NCBI GenBank assembly: GCA_964618765.1
Contig: CAZUDZ010000001.1
Location: 5,826 to 69,825, forward strand
Direction of reading: 5' to 3'
Length of the DNA stretch: 64,000 nt
Source of the DNA: an uncultured Candidatus Saccharibacteria bacterium
Lineage (GTDB): Bacteria > Patescibacteriota > Dojkabacteria > SC72
Shown: positions 15,964 through 26,566 of the stretch, piece by piece
How positions within the stretch are numbered: position 1 is the stretch's first letter
How the letters are laid out: each line of letters starts with the position of its first letter
Made by a program: the position numbers and the translations under genes
The notes under the pieces: model-generated
The model's input: the letters and a program-made list of their open reading frames with translations, nothing else
Told to the model about the DNA's origin: nothing
Database searches by the model: none

Positions 15964-18390
15964 GTGCAAAAAGAAAATATTAAAAAGAACATGTTAGAGA
16001 TTCTGGCCAAAAGATACGAACCGTTAAAGGAAGAGATTCTCTCCACCCAAAATATCTCAGGAGTTGACTACGGTTTCTACGAATTAGCATGTGAGATATT
16101 GGGAATATTACTTGGTAATGTAGTATGGCTCTCTACACAGCAAGATACCCAGGGGAATGTAAAAGAAGAGAGTGTACAGGTGAGGAAAGGGAATCCGTTC
16201 AATATTGATTCCTTCCTTAAACTCGGATACGAGAGGGTGGAAAGAGTATGGAATGAAGGAGAAATTTCTGTACTTGGGGATGTAATCATAATATGGCCAT
16301 TTAGTATGAAGAATCTAGTAAGAGTAAGTCTCTTTGGTAAGGAAATAGAGAGCATCTTTGTGATTGATGCAGAAAGTAGGAAAAAGATAAAAGAGATAGA
16401 TGAAAGGATATTCCTCGGAATAAACAGTAAGCTTTTAGTTGGAAATGAGGAGTCTTCTGGGAGTGTTAAGATAAATTTAGTTAGTAATCTTACTGACGAT
16501 ATTGACAAGATAGATCTAGGTATTAGAAGTATCCCTAATATAGAGGAGTATACATCTAGGAAAGCTGTGCTAGAGATAGTAAATAATTACAAGAGTAGAG
16601 GATATAACATTTGGTATCTAACAAGTAGTTTAGATAAGTACGAATTGGAAGTTGGTAAGAGTATGAGAGAGGTAATAGATAGGGTATTTGCAGTTAAAAA
16701 CAGTATTGAAAGAGATATTCAGAGAGGTTTTGTATCGAGTGTTACCAAAGTTTTACTTCTGACAGATCTAGAGGTTCTAGGACAGTTAGATCTATCCATC
16801 TATGAGAAAAGAAACATTAATATCGATCCAAGTAGTGTTGAGATATTAAAGAAAATAGTCCCAGGAGAGTACATAGTGCATGAGGATCACGGTATTGGTA
16901 AGTTTGTTAAAGTAATCAGAAAAGAGCATGGCCCGTACATTGAGATAGCATACGCAGGAAAAGATAAACTGTATGTACCTCTTTCTGCTTCGGAGAAACT
17001 AACTAAATATATCGGGACTGGAAAGAAAAAACCGATATTAACAGGATTAAATAGTGGAGTCTGGAAGAGGATATCACAAAGAGCGAAGAAAGAAGCAGAA
17101 GATATTGCGAAAGAGTTACTTCAGCTATATGCCCTTAGGGCAAGTGCTAAATCTGACATAGTAATTGATTCTGGAGAATCTCTCGAAGAGTTAAAACTTT
17201 TCACAGATCAATTTGAATTTAAAGATACAGATGATCAGTTACTTGCTACAAAGAATATAGTAGATGATCTACAACGCTCTAAACCCATGGATAGACTTCT
17301 AGTAGGAGATGTAGGGTATGGGAAGACCGAGATTGCTGCAAGGGCAGTATTTGCAATAGTGAATGCAGGGTATCAGGTAGCAATTCTTGCTCCTACTACC
17401 ATATTAGTAAATCAGCATTTGAATGTCTTTAAAGAAAGGTTTAAGCAATATCCTGTAAATATTTCATCTCTGTCTAGGTTCTCTTCCTTAAAGGAGAAAG
17501 AAAGGGTTAAAAATGGTTTGAGAAGAGGGACAGTGGATATTGTCATAGGAACACATGCTCTCTTTGGGAAAGAGATCTCTTTCAAAAGGCTTGGTCTTTT
17601 AGTTATAGATGAGGAGCAAAAATTTGGAGTTAAACAGAAAGAAACTATTAAAAAGAAAAGAGTTGATACCCATATTCTTTCTTTAACAGCAACTCCAATT
17701 CCAAGAACCTTAAATATGGCACTCTCTGGTATTAGAGATATTTCTGTTCTAGCAACTCCTCCTGAGGGACGAAAGGAGGTGATTAATCACTTCGAAAGAT
17801 TTAGTTGGGAAAGTGTCTCTACTTCCATCTCACAGGAGTTAAAGAGGGGAGGGCAGGTATATTTCTTACATAACAGAGTAGAAACGATACAAGATATATA
17901 CAACAAGTTGACTACAATGTTTCCTCATGCAGTAGTAGGTATTGCCCATGGTCAAATGAGTGTTCAAAAATTGTCTAGTACAATGGATGCTTTTGTGAGG
18001 GGGGATATAGATATTTTAGTGTGTACTACTATCATTGAAAATGGACTCGATATACCTACCGTTAACACACTAATCATACAGGATGCCACCATGTTAGGAC
18101 TCTCTCAAATGTATCAAATCAGAGGTAGAATAGGGAGGTCATATACTCAGGCACATGCATACTTTTTCTTTGATAATCTCAAAGGAGATGCTCAGTTAAG
18201 ATTGGAGGCAATCAAAGAGTCTCAGGAATTGGGATCAGGTTTTTTGCTCTCAAACAAGGATTTAGAGATAAGGGGAGCTGGGGATATTTTAGGGAAAAAT
18301 CAATCAGGTACAATAAATTCCGTGGGGTACGGTCTGTATTCTCAAATGCTTGCAGATGCTGTAGAGAAACTCAAAAATCTGGGTAAATAA
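15964..18390 (+). CDS. mfd: Transcription-repair coupling factor Mfd (shortened)
   Basis: CarD-like VHEDHGIG, MDRLLVGDVGYGKT, DEEQKFGV, TATPIPRTL, QIRGRIGRS, DLEIRGAG. Confidence 0.92.
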   Translation: MQKENIKKNMLEILAKRYEPLKEEILSTQNISGVDYGFYELACEILGILLGNVVWLSTQQDTQGNVKEESVQVRKGNPFNIDSFLKLGYERVERVWNEGEISVLGDVIIIWPFSMKNLVRVSLFGKEIESIFVIDAESRKKIKEIDERIFLGINSKLLVGNEESSGSVKINLVSNLTDDIDKIDLGIRSIPNIEEYTSRKAVLEIVNNYKSRGYNIWYLTSSLDKYELEVGKSMREVIDRVFAVKNSIERDIQRGFVSSVTKVLLLTDLEVLGQLDLSIYEKRNINIDPSSVEILKKIVPGEYIVHEDHGIGKFVKVIRKEHGPYIEIAYAGKDKLYVPLSASEKLTKYIGTGKKKPILTGLNSGVWKRISQRAKKEAEDIAKELLQLYALRASAKSDIVIDSGESLEELKLFTDQFEFKDTDDQLLATKNIVDDLQRSKPMDRLLVGDVGYGKTEIAARAVFAIVNAGYQVAILAPTTILVNQHLNVFKERFKQYPVNISSLSRFSSLKEKERVKNGLRRGTVDIVIGTHALFGKEISFKRLGLLVIDEEQKFGVKQKETIKKKRVDTHILSLTATPIPRTLNMALSGIRDISVLATPPEGRKEVINHFERFSWESVSTSISQELKRGGQVYFLHNRVETIQDIYNKLTTMFPHAVVGIAHGQMSVQKLSSTMDAFVRGDIDILVCTTIIENGLDIPTVNTLIIQDATMLGLSQMYQIRGRIGRSYTQAHAYFFFDNLKGDAQLRLEAIKESQELGSGFLLSNKDLEIRGAGDILGKNQSGTINSVGYGLYSQMLADAVEKLKNLGK

Positions 18391-18397
18391 TTTTCAC

Positions 18398-18426
18398 TTG
18401 GCAAAGCATAGACTTTGTTCTAGTAT
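18398..18426 (+). promoter_or_regulatory. Promoter of dnaX, likely leaderless
   Basis: TTGGCA-N17-TAGTAT, 5 nt before ATG. Confidence 0.55.
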
Positions 18427-18431
18427 GTACC

Positions 18432-20003
18432 ATGTCTTCAGTCCTCTATCAAAAATACAGATCGAAAGATTTTGATGAAATCATAGGTCAAGATTATGTC
18501 ACTAAGTTGTTAAAGAATACAATTAAGAGTGACCAGATTGCCCAAGCATATCTTTTCGTCGGCTCAAGAGGTACAGGGAAAACCTCTACAGCAAGGATAT
18601 TGGCAAAAGCCGTAAACTGTAAAAAACCTAAAAGAGATGGGAATCCATGTAATGAATGTGAGTACTGTGAGAGTATATCTAACGGGAGGTTTTTAGATTT
18701 AATTGAGATAGACGCAGCCTCAAACAGAGGGATAGATCAGATTAGGCAGTTAAAGGAGAAGATAGAGTTTTCTCCTTCTGAGGGAAAGTACAAGGTATAT
18801 ATCATAGATGAAGTCCATATGTTAACGACAGAGGCTTTTAATGCTCTTTTAAAGACCTTAGAAGAACCTCCTGCACATGTAATATTTATTCTAGCTACAA
18901 CAGATGTACATAAGCTTCCACCTACAATTCTTTCAAGGTGTCAGAGGTATGATTTTCGGTTAGGGACAGATAATGAGATTAAGAGTTTAATAAAGGACAT
19001 TATTAAAAAAGAGAAGATTACGATGGAAGATGAGGCACTTGATATCGTAGTTCAAAATGCAAAGGGTAGTTACCGAGATGCTCTTTCTACACTGGATGTA
19101 ATATATACAGGTCAAGAAACAAGAAAAGATGAGATTACCACAGAAGAGACAAGGAATATTTTAGGATTACCAGATTTTGATAGCGTAATATTTCTACTTA
19201 AAAACCTCATAGAAGGAAATGGTAGTAAAGCTCTCTCAGTAATTGAGGAGTTAGAGAGCAAAGGTGTTAATCTTCAGCAATTTACTAGCTATGTCTTAGA
19301 TATTTTAAGAAATATATTGATTGGGAAAATACGAAGGAAACTGGATAAGGAGTTTAGTTTTGTAGAGGATGTCGATATTAAACTGCTTCACAAGTTAATA
19401 AATCTGTTCTTGGAAGCAGAAAACCGAATTAGGTATGCAAATAACCAAGCCCTTGTTTTGGAAATGATAATTCCTGAAATGATGCAAAGCGGTGTTGGGC
19501 AAGATGTAGAGATTGTGAATAGGGATGTTAAAAAAAGAATCCCTCAGGAGAAGCAGGAGAGTAAGAAGGAGGAGGAGAAGGAAAGTAAAAATCATGAGGA
19601 TACAGAGTGTAGGGATATCCCAGTTAAGGATATTAAAGAGAAATGGGAAATATTTGTTAATGAAATTAAACCCTTCAACGGTCATCTGTATGCATTTCTA
19701 GGTAATGCCAACATTATTAATTTTGACAAAGGAACACTTTTCATAGAGGTTCCTTTTCAGTTCCATATGGAAAGAATTGAGGTGCCCAAGAGTAGAAATG
19801 CCATATCAGAAACTTTTAAGAAGGTGTATGGTACAAACTGTAAGATCTCGTGTGTGGTGAATGAGAAGATTAAACAGAAGAACAAATCAGATGCAGATTT
19901 TGTTTTAAGGAAATTACCGATAATTAAGAAGCCAAAAGAGAATAAAGAGAACAGCAGTAGCAAGGTTGTTACGAATATAGAGGCAATATTTGAGGGTATG
20001 TAG
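18432..20003 (+). CDS. dnaX: DNA polymerase III subunit gamma/tau
   Basis: LYQKYR..F..IIGQ, GSRGTGKTS, EIDAASN, IIDEVHML, SRCQ. Confidence 0.96.
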   Translation: MSSVLYQKYRSKDFDEIIGQDYVTKLLKNTIKSDQIAQAYLFVGSRGTGKTSTARILAKAVNCKKPKRDGNPCNECEYCESISNGRFLDLIEIDAASNRGIDQIRQLKEKIEFSPSEGKYKVYIIDEVHMLTTEAFNALLKTLEEPPAHVIFILATTDVHKLPPTILSRCQRYDFRLGTDNEIKSLIKDIIKKEKITMEDEALDIVVQNAKGSYRDALSTLDVIYTGQETRKDEITTEETRNILGLPDFDSVIFLLKNLIEGNGSKALSVIEELESKGVNLQQFTSYVLDILRNILIGKIRRKLDKEFSFVEDVDIKLLHKLINLFLEAENRIRYANNQALVLEMIIPEMMQSGVGQDVEIVNRDVKKRIPQEKQESKKEEEKESKNHEDTECRDIPVKDIKEKWEIFVNEIKPFNGHLYAFLGNANIINFDKGTLFIEVPFQFHMERIEVPKSRNAISETFKKVYGTNCKISCVVNEKIKQKNKSDADFVLRKLPIIKKPKENKENSSSKVVTNIEAIFEGM

Positions 20004-20058
20004 AAATCTCTCTTTTAGGATATAATGTACTCACTATTTAAGTTTTTTGTATACTACT

Positions 20059-20352
20059 ATGTTAAATCCAGTAGAAGCATTAAAGATGCAAAGTGAAGCA
20101 AAGAAGCTTCAAAAGAAGTTAAGAGAAAGAAAGATTAAGGCTGAGTCAAAGAATGGAATGGTCGCTATATATATGAATGCGGCACAAGAATTTGAAGATG
20201 TTCATATTGATGAGGAGTATCTTTCTCCTGATATGTTAGATGCCATTAAGAGGGGCTTTAAGGAGGCTTTTAAAGAGTATCAGAAGAAATTACAGAAGGA
20301 AATGATCCAAGATATGGATATGGACCAATTAAAAAGTATGTTTAGTAAGTAG
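20059..20352 (+). CDS. ybaB: YbaB/EbfC nucleoid-associated protein
   Basis: AKKLQKKL...AES.NGMV.I.MN; conserved dnaX-ybaB-recR order. Confidence 0.8.
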   Translation: MLNPVEALKMQSEAKKLQKKLRERKIKAESKNGMVAIYMNAAQEFEDVHIDEEYLSPDMLDAIKRGFKEAFKEYQKKLQKEMIQDMDMDQLKSMFSK

Positions 20353-20353
20353 T

Positions 20354-20989
20354 ATGTCAGTATTACCCAAGAGTGTAGAACAAGTTATAGAGGAGTTTAG
20401 TAGATTGCCAGGAGTAGGTCCTAAATCTGCTTCTCGGATGGCATATCATTACATCAGGTCTTCAAACCAGGATGCTACTAAGTTAGCATCTGCTCTTGTT
20501 GAAATGGATCAGGAAGTTAAATACTGTAAGGAGTGTTTTAATGTTACAGACAAGGAGGTTTGTGATCTATGCTCTTCCCCTTTAAGAAAGAAGAACAAAT
20601 TGTGTGTAGTAGAAGAGCCTTTAGATGTAGTGGCTTTTGAGAATAGTGCGGTCTACGATGGGCTTTACTTTGTTTTGGGAGGAGTGATATCTCCTGCCGA
20701 GGGTATAGGGGAGGATGAGCTGAGATTTAAAGATTTAGAAAAAAGGGTCAAGGAGCTTTTAAATTTATTAAATGAGAATGAAGCGCTAATTGAAGTAATC
20801 ATTGCTACCAATCCTAGCCTAGAAGGAGAAGCTACTGCTAGTTACATCATAGATCTTCTAAAAGAGTTATCTAAAGAAGGTAAGGTAAAGATTACTCGAT
20901 TGGCAATGGGTCTGCCTACAGGTGCTGATTTAGAGTATGCCGACAGGTTAACCTTAAAGAGAGCTTTAGAGGGTAGGAGGGATATCTAA
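20354..20989 (+). CDS. recR: Recombination mediator RecR
   Basis: LPGVGPKSA.R, C4 Zn finger, CVVE, ATNPSLEGEATA, LEYAD. Confidence 0.96.
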   Translation: MSVLPKSVEQVIEEFSRLPGVGPKSASRMAYHYIRSSNQDATKLASALVEMDQEVKYCKECFNVTDKEVCDLCSSPLRKKNKLCVVEEPLDVVAFENSAVYDGLYFVLGGVISPAEGIGEDELRFKDLEKRVKELLNLLNENEALIEVIIATNPSLEGEATASYIIDLLKELSKEGKVKITRLAMGLPTGADLEYADRLTLKRALEGRRDI

Positions 20990-21073
20990 TCCCCTTACTG
21001 TACTTTGTAATTGTTTCTCTGTTGTAAATTTCTAAATGGAAATTCCCCTAAATACAGTGTAAAATAACTCAGT

Positions 21074-22522
21074 ATGAAGCTATACAGTACTCTAGACAGA
21101 AAAGTAGTTGAGATTGAACCTTTGGAAGAAGGCAAAGTCTCCATATACAGCTGTGGACCAACAGTATATTACAGAATGCAAATAGGAAATATCAGGCCAT
21201 ATGTAAATTGGGATATACTACATAGGGCATACCTGTACCTAGGATATGATGTTAAAAGAGTAGTAAACTTAACAGATGTAGGGCATATGACATCTGATGA
21301 TGACTACGGTAGCGACTTTGGAGAAGACAAAATGGACAAACAGGCTGCGAAAGAAGGTCTTCAACCAATAGATATTGCAAATAAATATATAGATACAGTT
21401 TTAGATGACTTTAGGAAATTAAACATCTTAGCTCCTAACGGGGATATAATCTCAGAAGATTTAACCCACGAAGGAGTTTCTGAGTATGCTTTTTGTCGTG
21501 CTACAGAGTATGTAGATGAAATGATAGGGGTAATTAAAAAAATTGAAGAGAACGGATATGCTTACGAAACAAAACAGGCTCTCTATTTTGATGTTAGTAA
21601 GATAGAGGATTACACCATATTTACGGGACAGAAATTAGAAGAGAAAGAGATAGCGGTAAGAGAGGAGGTTGATATAGATCCACAAAAAAAACATCCAGCC
21701 GATTTTGTCCTGTGGATGAAGAGATATGGCAAATATGAGAATCATATAATGAATTGGAACTCTCCTTGGGGGAATGGTTTCCCTGGCTGGCACATTGAAT
21801 GTTCCGCTATGGGGACAGCTCTTCTAGGAGAAAACTTTGATATTCATACTGGAGGAGTGGATCACATCCCTGTTCATCATACTAATGAAAGGGCACAAAA
21901 TATTGGAGCTTTTGGTCATCCTGTTGTTAATTACTGGATACATAATGAATGGGTAGTTAACAAAGACGAGTCTAAACTCTCCAAGAGTAAGGGTAATTCC
22001 CCATATTTACCAAATATCTTAAAATTAGGATTTGATCCTATGGATGTAAGATATTATATCCTCTCCATTAATTACAGAACTAGAATTCAATTCTCAGTTG
22101 AGGCATTAGAAGGGGCAAAGAACGCTCGGAATGCTCTTTTGAGGAAAATAAAGGAATTACAGGCTCCAAAAGGTAGTTTAATAGAAGAGTATGTAGAAAG
22201 ATTTAAACAAGAGCTAGAAAACAATCTTAATATGTCCGGAGTTCTGGCGTTGATAAATGAACTTCTTAAATCAAAGTATCCCCAAGGTGACATATTAGCG
22301 ACAGTATTAGATTTTGATAGAGTACTAGGACTAAATTTGCATTTGGTGTTAGATAACAAGGAAGAAGAGATAGATACAGAATTAAAGCAACTATTAGAGC
22401 AGAGGAAAAAAGCGAGGGGGAGTGGGGAGTATGAGCAATCAGATCGTTTAAGAGATGAAATAATTAAAATGGGGTATGTGGTTAAAGATACTTCTGAAGG
22501 ACAAAAAATAGAGAAGAAATAA
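21074..22522 (+). CDS. cysS: Cysteine--tRNA ligase
   Basis: [12 protein letters not shown] (HIGH-like), [24 protein letters not shown]. Confidence 0.96.
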   Translation: MKLYSTLDRKVVEIEPLEEGKVSIYSCGPTVYYRMQIGNIRPYVNWDILHRAYLYLGYDVKRVVNLTDVGHMTSDDDYGSDFGEDKMDKQAAKEGLQPIDIANKYIDTVLDDFRKLNILAPNGDIISEDLTHEGVSEYAFCRATEYVDEMIGVIKKIEENGYAYETKQALYFDVSKIEDYTIFTGQKLEEKEIAVREEVDIDPQKKHPADFVLWMKRYGKYENHIMNWNSPWGNGFPGWHIECSAMGTALLGENFDIHTGGVDHIPVHHTNERAQNIGAFGHPVVNYWIHNEWVVNKDESKLSKSKGNSPYLPNILKLGFDPMDVRYYILSINYRTRIQFSVEALEGAKNARNALLRKIKELQAPKGSLIEEYVERFKQELENNLNMSGVLALINELLKSKYPQGDILATVLDFDRVLGLNLHLVLDNKEEEIDTELKQLLEQRKKARGSGEYEQSDRLRDEIIKMGYVVKDTSEGQKIEKK

Positions 22523-22529
22523 CAGTTAA

Positions 22530-23423
22530 ATGAGTCAGAATACAGTTTCAATAAAATTAACAGCAAATGAGGCAGAACTCTTAAAAGGAATTCTTTTGGA
22601 AAAGGGTTGGAATGAACAGGAGATAAATAATGAGTATATTGCTCTTAGGATGAAAAATGATGAAGGCTCTGTTTGTACACTGTATACTAGTATGAAAGTA
22701 GTTTTTCAAGGGAAAGAAGATTTCAAGGATATATTGGGAATATTGAAGGATACAGAAGAGGATATCAATATAGTGGCACACATAGGCGTAGATGAGGTTG
22801 GTAAGGGTGATTACTTTGGTCCTTTAGTTGTAGTGGCTTGTTTTGTAAATAAGGATTTCTTAAATCAGATTCAAGGATTAGGTATAGGAGACTCTAAGAA
22901 GATCTCAGATAGAAGAATAATTGATATTTATGAAGAAATAAAAGAGTACCCATACTATTATGTCTCCATTGTACATCCTAAGGAATACAACAGACAAATC
23001 AAAGAGCTTAAGAATGTATCTATCCTTCTAGCTAAGCAGCACTCCAAGGTTATAGAGATGGGACTGAAGGACTTGAAAGAGGAAAACATAGAATGTACAG
23101 AGGTTGTCATAGATCAATTCTCTTCAAAGAAGAGTAGGGTAGTTGATGAGTTAGGGCCATTGGCACAAAAGGTAAATTTTGTACAATACCATAAAGGGGA
23201 GTCAGATATAGCAGTAGGATGTGCATCTGTTCTTGCTAGAGCAATATTTCTAAGAGAGTTAGATGAAATGGGTCGTAAGTATTACTTTACATTTCCCAAG
23301 GGGGCTTCAGCTGTCATAGATACTGCTCGAGAATTTGTTAGGAAAAATGGAGCGAAAGAGTTAGAGAATGTAGCAAAAACAGGCTTTAAGACAACAAAGA
23401 AGGTTATACAGGATTCTTTTTAG
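22530..23423 (+). CDS. rnhC: Ribonuclease HIII
   Basis: N-terminal TBP-like LYTSMKVVFQG, IGVDEVGKGDYFGPLVV, DSKK, IDQF, PKGA. Confidence 0.9.
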   Translation: MSQNTVSIKLTANEAELLKGILLEKGWNEQEINNEYIALRMKNDEGSVCTLYTSMKVVFQGKEDFKDILGILKDTEEDINIVAHIGVDEVGKGDYFGPLVVVACFVNKDFLNQIQGLGIGDSKKISDRRIIDIYEEIKEYPYYYVSIVHPKEYNRQIKELKNVSILLAKQHSKVIEMGLKDLKEENIECTEVVIDQFSSKKSRVVDELGPLAQKVNFVQYHKGESDIAVGCASVLARAIFLRELDEMGRKYYFTFPKGASAVIDTAREFVRKNGAKELENVAKTGFKTTKKVIQDSF

Positions 23424-24321
23424 GCTTCTTTTTTGAAAAGAGTACTTTCAAAAATATCACAGTAAGAAGTAATCCTAGTCCTACAAGAAGAAGAACTGTA
23501 TAGTTTGGTTGAATAATTACTTCTTTGACTATAATATTCTCATCTATTCCATTATAGAATCTCCCAACGACGATTTTCTCAGAGAAAAAATCAGATAAAT
23601 GATAATCATCTATCTCAAACTCTTCTTCTAATAACCCCTGGGGGTATAATTTTTGTTGCTTCTCATTAATCTTTAAGTAAATTGGGGGATAGTCACCTCT
23701 CTTGCTATACAGCTGTATCTCTCCCATAGGATTTAATACATAGTTAGTGTCATTTTTGTAAGAATACTTTATTGTAGTAGGGGACATAAAAGGTACTCCC
23801 TTTTCTATAACCTGTATATCAATAGTAGCAAACTTACTACTGATCCCATAAATATCGCTTTCTGAGTCCACTATATGAAGTACAACCAGCTGTGAGAGGC
23901 TCTCTACTGTCCCTACAGGGCTTGTCTCAGTGACAAATGTATCTTCCATCTGTCTTTCTAAAACTATCAGATTGAAGTAAGTTCCTGGCTTCATATTCGC
24001 GATAGGGACAACCTCGTACTCAATCTCTAGAGTTTCTTTAGGTTTAACTTTAAATATCTCCTTGTCTGCTCGTGTGAAGATAATGCCGTTACTGTCGGTC
24101 ATTTCCAATGTTTCAGGGTCATATGAGTGCACTATTGGTGTAATGAGAACATCTTTCTTAGAATCATTTTCGAAGTAAACGGATCCCTTTGTTCTTTCTT
24201 CATTTGAGATTAGAATCTCATTTTTGTATGGGTATATTGTACCCGCAAAGACTTCTTTGTGCTGTAAAAAATTTAGCATCAACAAAAACAAAACTGTTAG
24301 GAATACTGTTTTGAACTTCAT
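23404..24321 (-). CDS. Secreted DUF916/PapD-like Ig-domain protein with C-terminal TM anchor
   Basis: Signal peptide, PGTYFNLIV, N..N....P.GEI, C-terminal TM + KKK. Confidence 0.55.
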   Translation of the reverse strand: MKFKTVFLTVLFLLMLNFLQHKEVFAGTIYPYKNEILISNEERTKGSVYFENDSKKDVLITPIVHSYDPETLEMTDSNGIIFTRADKEIFKVKPKETLEIEYEVVPIANMKPGTYFNLIVLERQMEDTFVTETSPVGTVESLSQLVVLHIVDSESDIYGISSKFATIDIQVIEKGVPFMSPTTIKYSYKNDTNYVLNPMGEIQLYSKRGDYPPIYLKINEKQQKLYPQGLLEEEFEIDDYHLSDFFSEKIVVGRFYNGIDENIIVKEVIIQPNYTVLLLVGLGLLLTVIFLKVLFSKKKPKKNPV

Positions 24322-24328
24322 ATGTTCC

Positions 24329-25336
24329 TTATTTAGGTAGATTTTCTGATTTCTTCTTCTCCTTCTTTTTCCTGAGGGTTACTATTAATATTGTTGTTAG
24401 GATTATTATTAATGCTAGTAGGATGTATCTCCAAGGTAATATCCAGAAGGAGGCAGTTGCACTCAGTGGTGCGAAACCTGGTTGGAATGTACGATACATT
24501 AATATCAAGTTAGCATCTATTGGCCCCATTATGAGTTTCTTGTTTGCACTTAAGAAAGAACCGTAGTCCCATGGAGTTTCGTATTCGGCTGTATTGCCTC
24601 TTAATATACTCTGTCCATTTTCATTAAATATTATCTTACCTACTTCTTGCTTAAAGATATTTGTTAAAATGATCTCTCCGACAGGGCTAATGTGTGTATC
24701 TCCTAGGTTGTTAATTCTAGTTTCAAACTTAACAGTAGGAGTTTCGTAGAAATTTCTGTCTGTTGTAAATTTTAGCAACTCTGCATTCTCGGTAAATTCA
24801 TCTCCGATTTTTATTAGGATAGGGGTTCCTGAAGAAAGAGAAGTAAAAGCAGCTGTCCCTCCAAGGGCCGAATCTGTTTCTGAGATAAAGGCTACTATTA
24901 CAGTATATTCTCCCTTTGTTATATTCTTGGGGACATTAATTTCATAGAAGATTTTCTCATTCTTGTTTGGTATCAAAGTAATCTTCTCCCTACTTACTTT
25001 GGTCCAAGAAGCAGCAGAGTAGAGTGCTTTCTCTTCTTCCTCTTCTGTGAACATAATGGCAGTACCAGGCTGGTTTTCAATCTGTCTAAAACCTCTTACA
25101 TATACATTGTAAGTAGTTGTTTCTTCTGAGAGATTCCATACAACGATTTCCCCTTCATACTTTTCTCCTATTTCTAACTGTAATTTTTCAGAAACAGGTG
25201 CAGTGCCGATGTTTAGAGTTGTTTGTGCGTTAGCAGCTTTGCTGAAGAAAAAGAGAAGTACAATTGAGAAAATTGTGGCTAAAGAAACTATTCGTTTGTA
25301 GTACCTTGGGGCAGAGTATAGATTTTGATTTTTCAT
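24329..25336 (-). CDS. DUF916/DUF3324-like (WxL-interacting type) protein with C-terminal TM anchor
   Basis: Signal peptide, ASW, INVPKN...GEY, NLGDTH..P.G.I..TN.F, FWILPW + TM + basic tail; start MKNQ at 25336. Confidence 0.7.
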   Translation of the reverse strand: MKNQNLYSAPRYYKRIVSLATIFSIVLLFFFSKAANAQTTLNIGTAPVSEKLQLEIGEKYEGEIVVWNLSEETTTYNVYVRGFRQIENQPGTAIMFTEEEEEKALYSAASWTKVSREKITLIPNKNEKIFYEINVPKNITKGEYTVIVAFISETDSALGGTAAFTSLSSGTPILIKIGDEFTENAELLKFTTDRNFYETPTVKFETRINNLGDTHISPVGEIILTNIFKQEVGKIIFNENGQSILRGNTAEYETPWDYGSFLSANKKLIMGPIDANLILMYRTFQPGFAPLSATASFWILPWRYILLALIIILTTILIVTLRKKKEKKKSENLPK

Positions 25337-25338
25337 AA

Positions 25339-26460
25339 TTAGTAGTAACCGCCACAAACATATGTGACATACTCGTTATATGTTCCTGCTAAAGCTGCAG
25401 AATCTGCTCTTGCTCCATAAGTAATGCCTGCACTGTGGGCAGGTGCGGTAGGTGTAGTTTTATATAGTAGTAATTTAGCACCAGTTGCATTTGCTACTAT
25501 TCCTCCAAAAGTCGTAGGTGCTGTTACTTGAAAGTTAGCTGCTGTAGTTGCGCCTGAGGGTGTTGTTGAAACTACCAAGCCGAACCCCTTTGTATCTGAT
25601 CCAGAAAGGTCAACAGTTGTAGCCCCAGAGTTAAGCGTATATCCTGCTCCTGTGGAGTTATAAAGACCTGCGGTGGTACCGTTACCTTTCCCATATACAG
25701 CCCAATAGTAACCACTATTCGTAGAAGACGTACTAATTTGTGTCGCCTCTTCTTTTGTTACTAAGGCACCTCCGGGAAACAGAGTTCCTATGGATACTGT
25801 AGTAGGAGCTACCGTACAATTGATAGTAGGAGCTGCAGTTACGGTGGCAGACACTTGAACAGTATCTTCAGCGATAAGATAAACTCCAAAGGCTTTAGAA
25901 TCTAAATTGTCATCATCAGAGACCTGTATTGTTATAGTTTTGGATCCAGAGGTTGCAGCAGTTCCTAATCTTCCTGTGCCATTGGATACTTTAACCCCGT
26001 ATGTAGTCCCACTAGTAAGAGAGCCAACATTGGTTATGGTTATCCTATCTGTAGTAGCTCCACTACCGATGGCACAAGTAGCGGCAAGGGTACTAGCTGC
26101 TTTTACTGGAAGAGCTGTAGTTATATCATAACCTGTAACATCAGGAGCTCCTGTTGCAACTCCTGTTACTGTTAGTGCGCCTGCATTTCTACACCAGTTG
26201 GTATTATCACTTTTTGGAAATAGTATCTCAATTTCAAGGTTCTTAGCTTCTGCGAAGGCCTGGCTAGGAGTAACTGCGAGAACCATTTCAACCTCATTGT
26301 TTGTTTGTCCATTTAAACCTGCCTTAATTCTACTTAGAAAAAGGTATGTGCTACCAAGAGTCCCTGCTTGGGTCTTAAAGTTTGGAAACAGCATAACAAA
26401 GAAAAATGTAGAGACCAAAAAAATCATTACAACGGAAATCAGTTTGTTTTTTTTCATCAC
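25339..26460 (-). CDS. Secreted Thr/Gly/Ala-rich protein with C-terminal WxL/pilin-like domain
   Basis: Signal peptide, VQVSATV, GFGL, terminal AGTYNEYVTYVCGGYY strand. Confidence 0.6.
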   Translation of the reverse strand: MMKKNKLISVVMIFLVSTFFFVMLFPNFKTQAGTLGSTYLFLSRIKAGLNGQTNNEVEMVLAVTPSQAFAEAKNLEIEILFPKSDNTNWCRNAGALTVTGVATGAPDVTGYDITTALPVKAASTLAATCAIGSGATTDRITITNVGSLTSGTTYGVKVSNGTGRLGTAATSGSKTITIQVSDDDNLDSKAFGVYLIAEDTVQVSATVTAAPTINCTVAPTTVSIGTLFPGGALVTKEEATQISTSSTNSGYYWAVYGKGNGTTAGLYNSTGAGYTLNSGATTVDLSGSDTKGFGLVVSTTPSGATTAANFQVTAPTTFGGIVANATGAKLLLYKTTPTAPAHSAGITYGARADSAALAGTYNEYVTYVCGGYY

Positions 26461-26566
26461 TTGAATAGGGCAGACCTTTAATGTTAATTAATGGTAGTAA
26501 AAAGATAACTGATTAATTCTAATATGTCAAGAGGTTTTACAACCTCCTCCGTAGTATTAAAGTTAT

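Noticed and set aside
18432-20003. Programmed frameshift in dnaX giving gamma/tau
   Set aside because: An A-run exists near 19530, but I could not support a slippery site plus stimulatory hairpin, and A-runs are common in this AT-rich DNA
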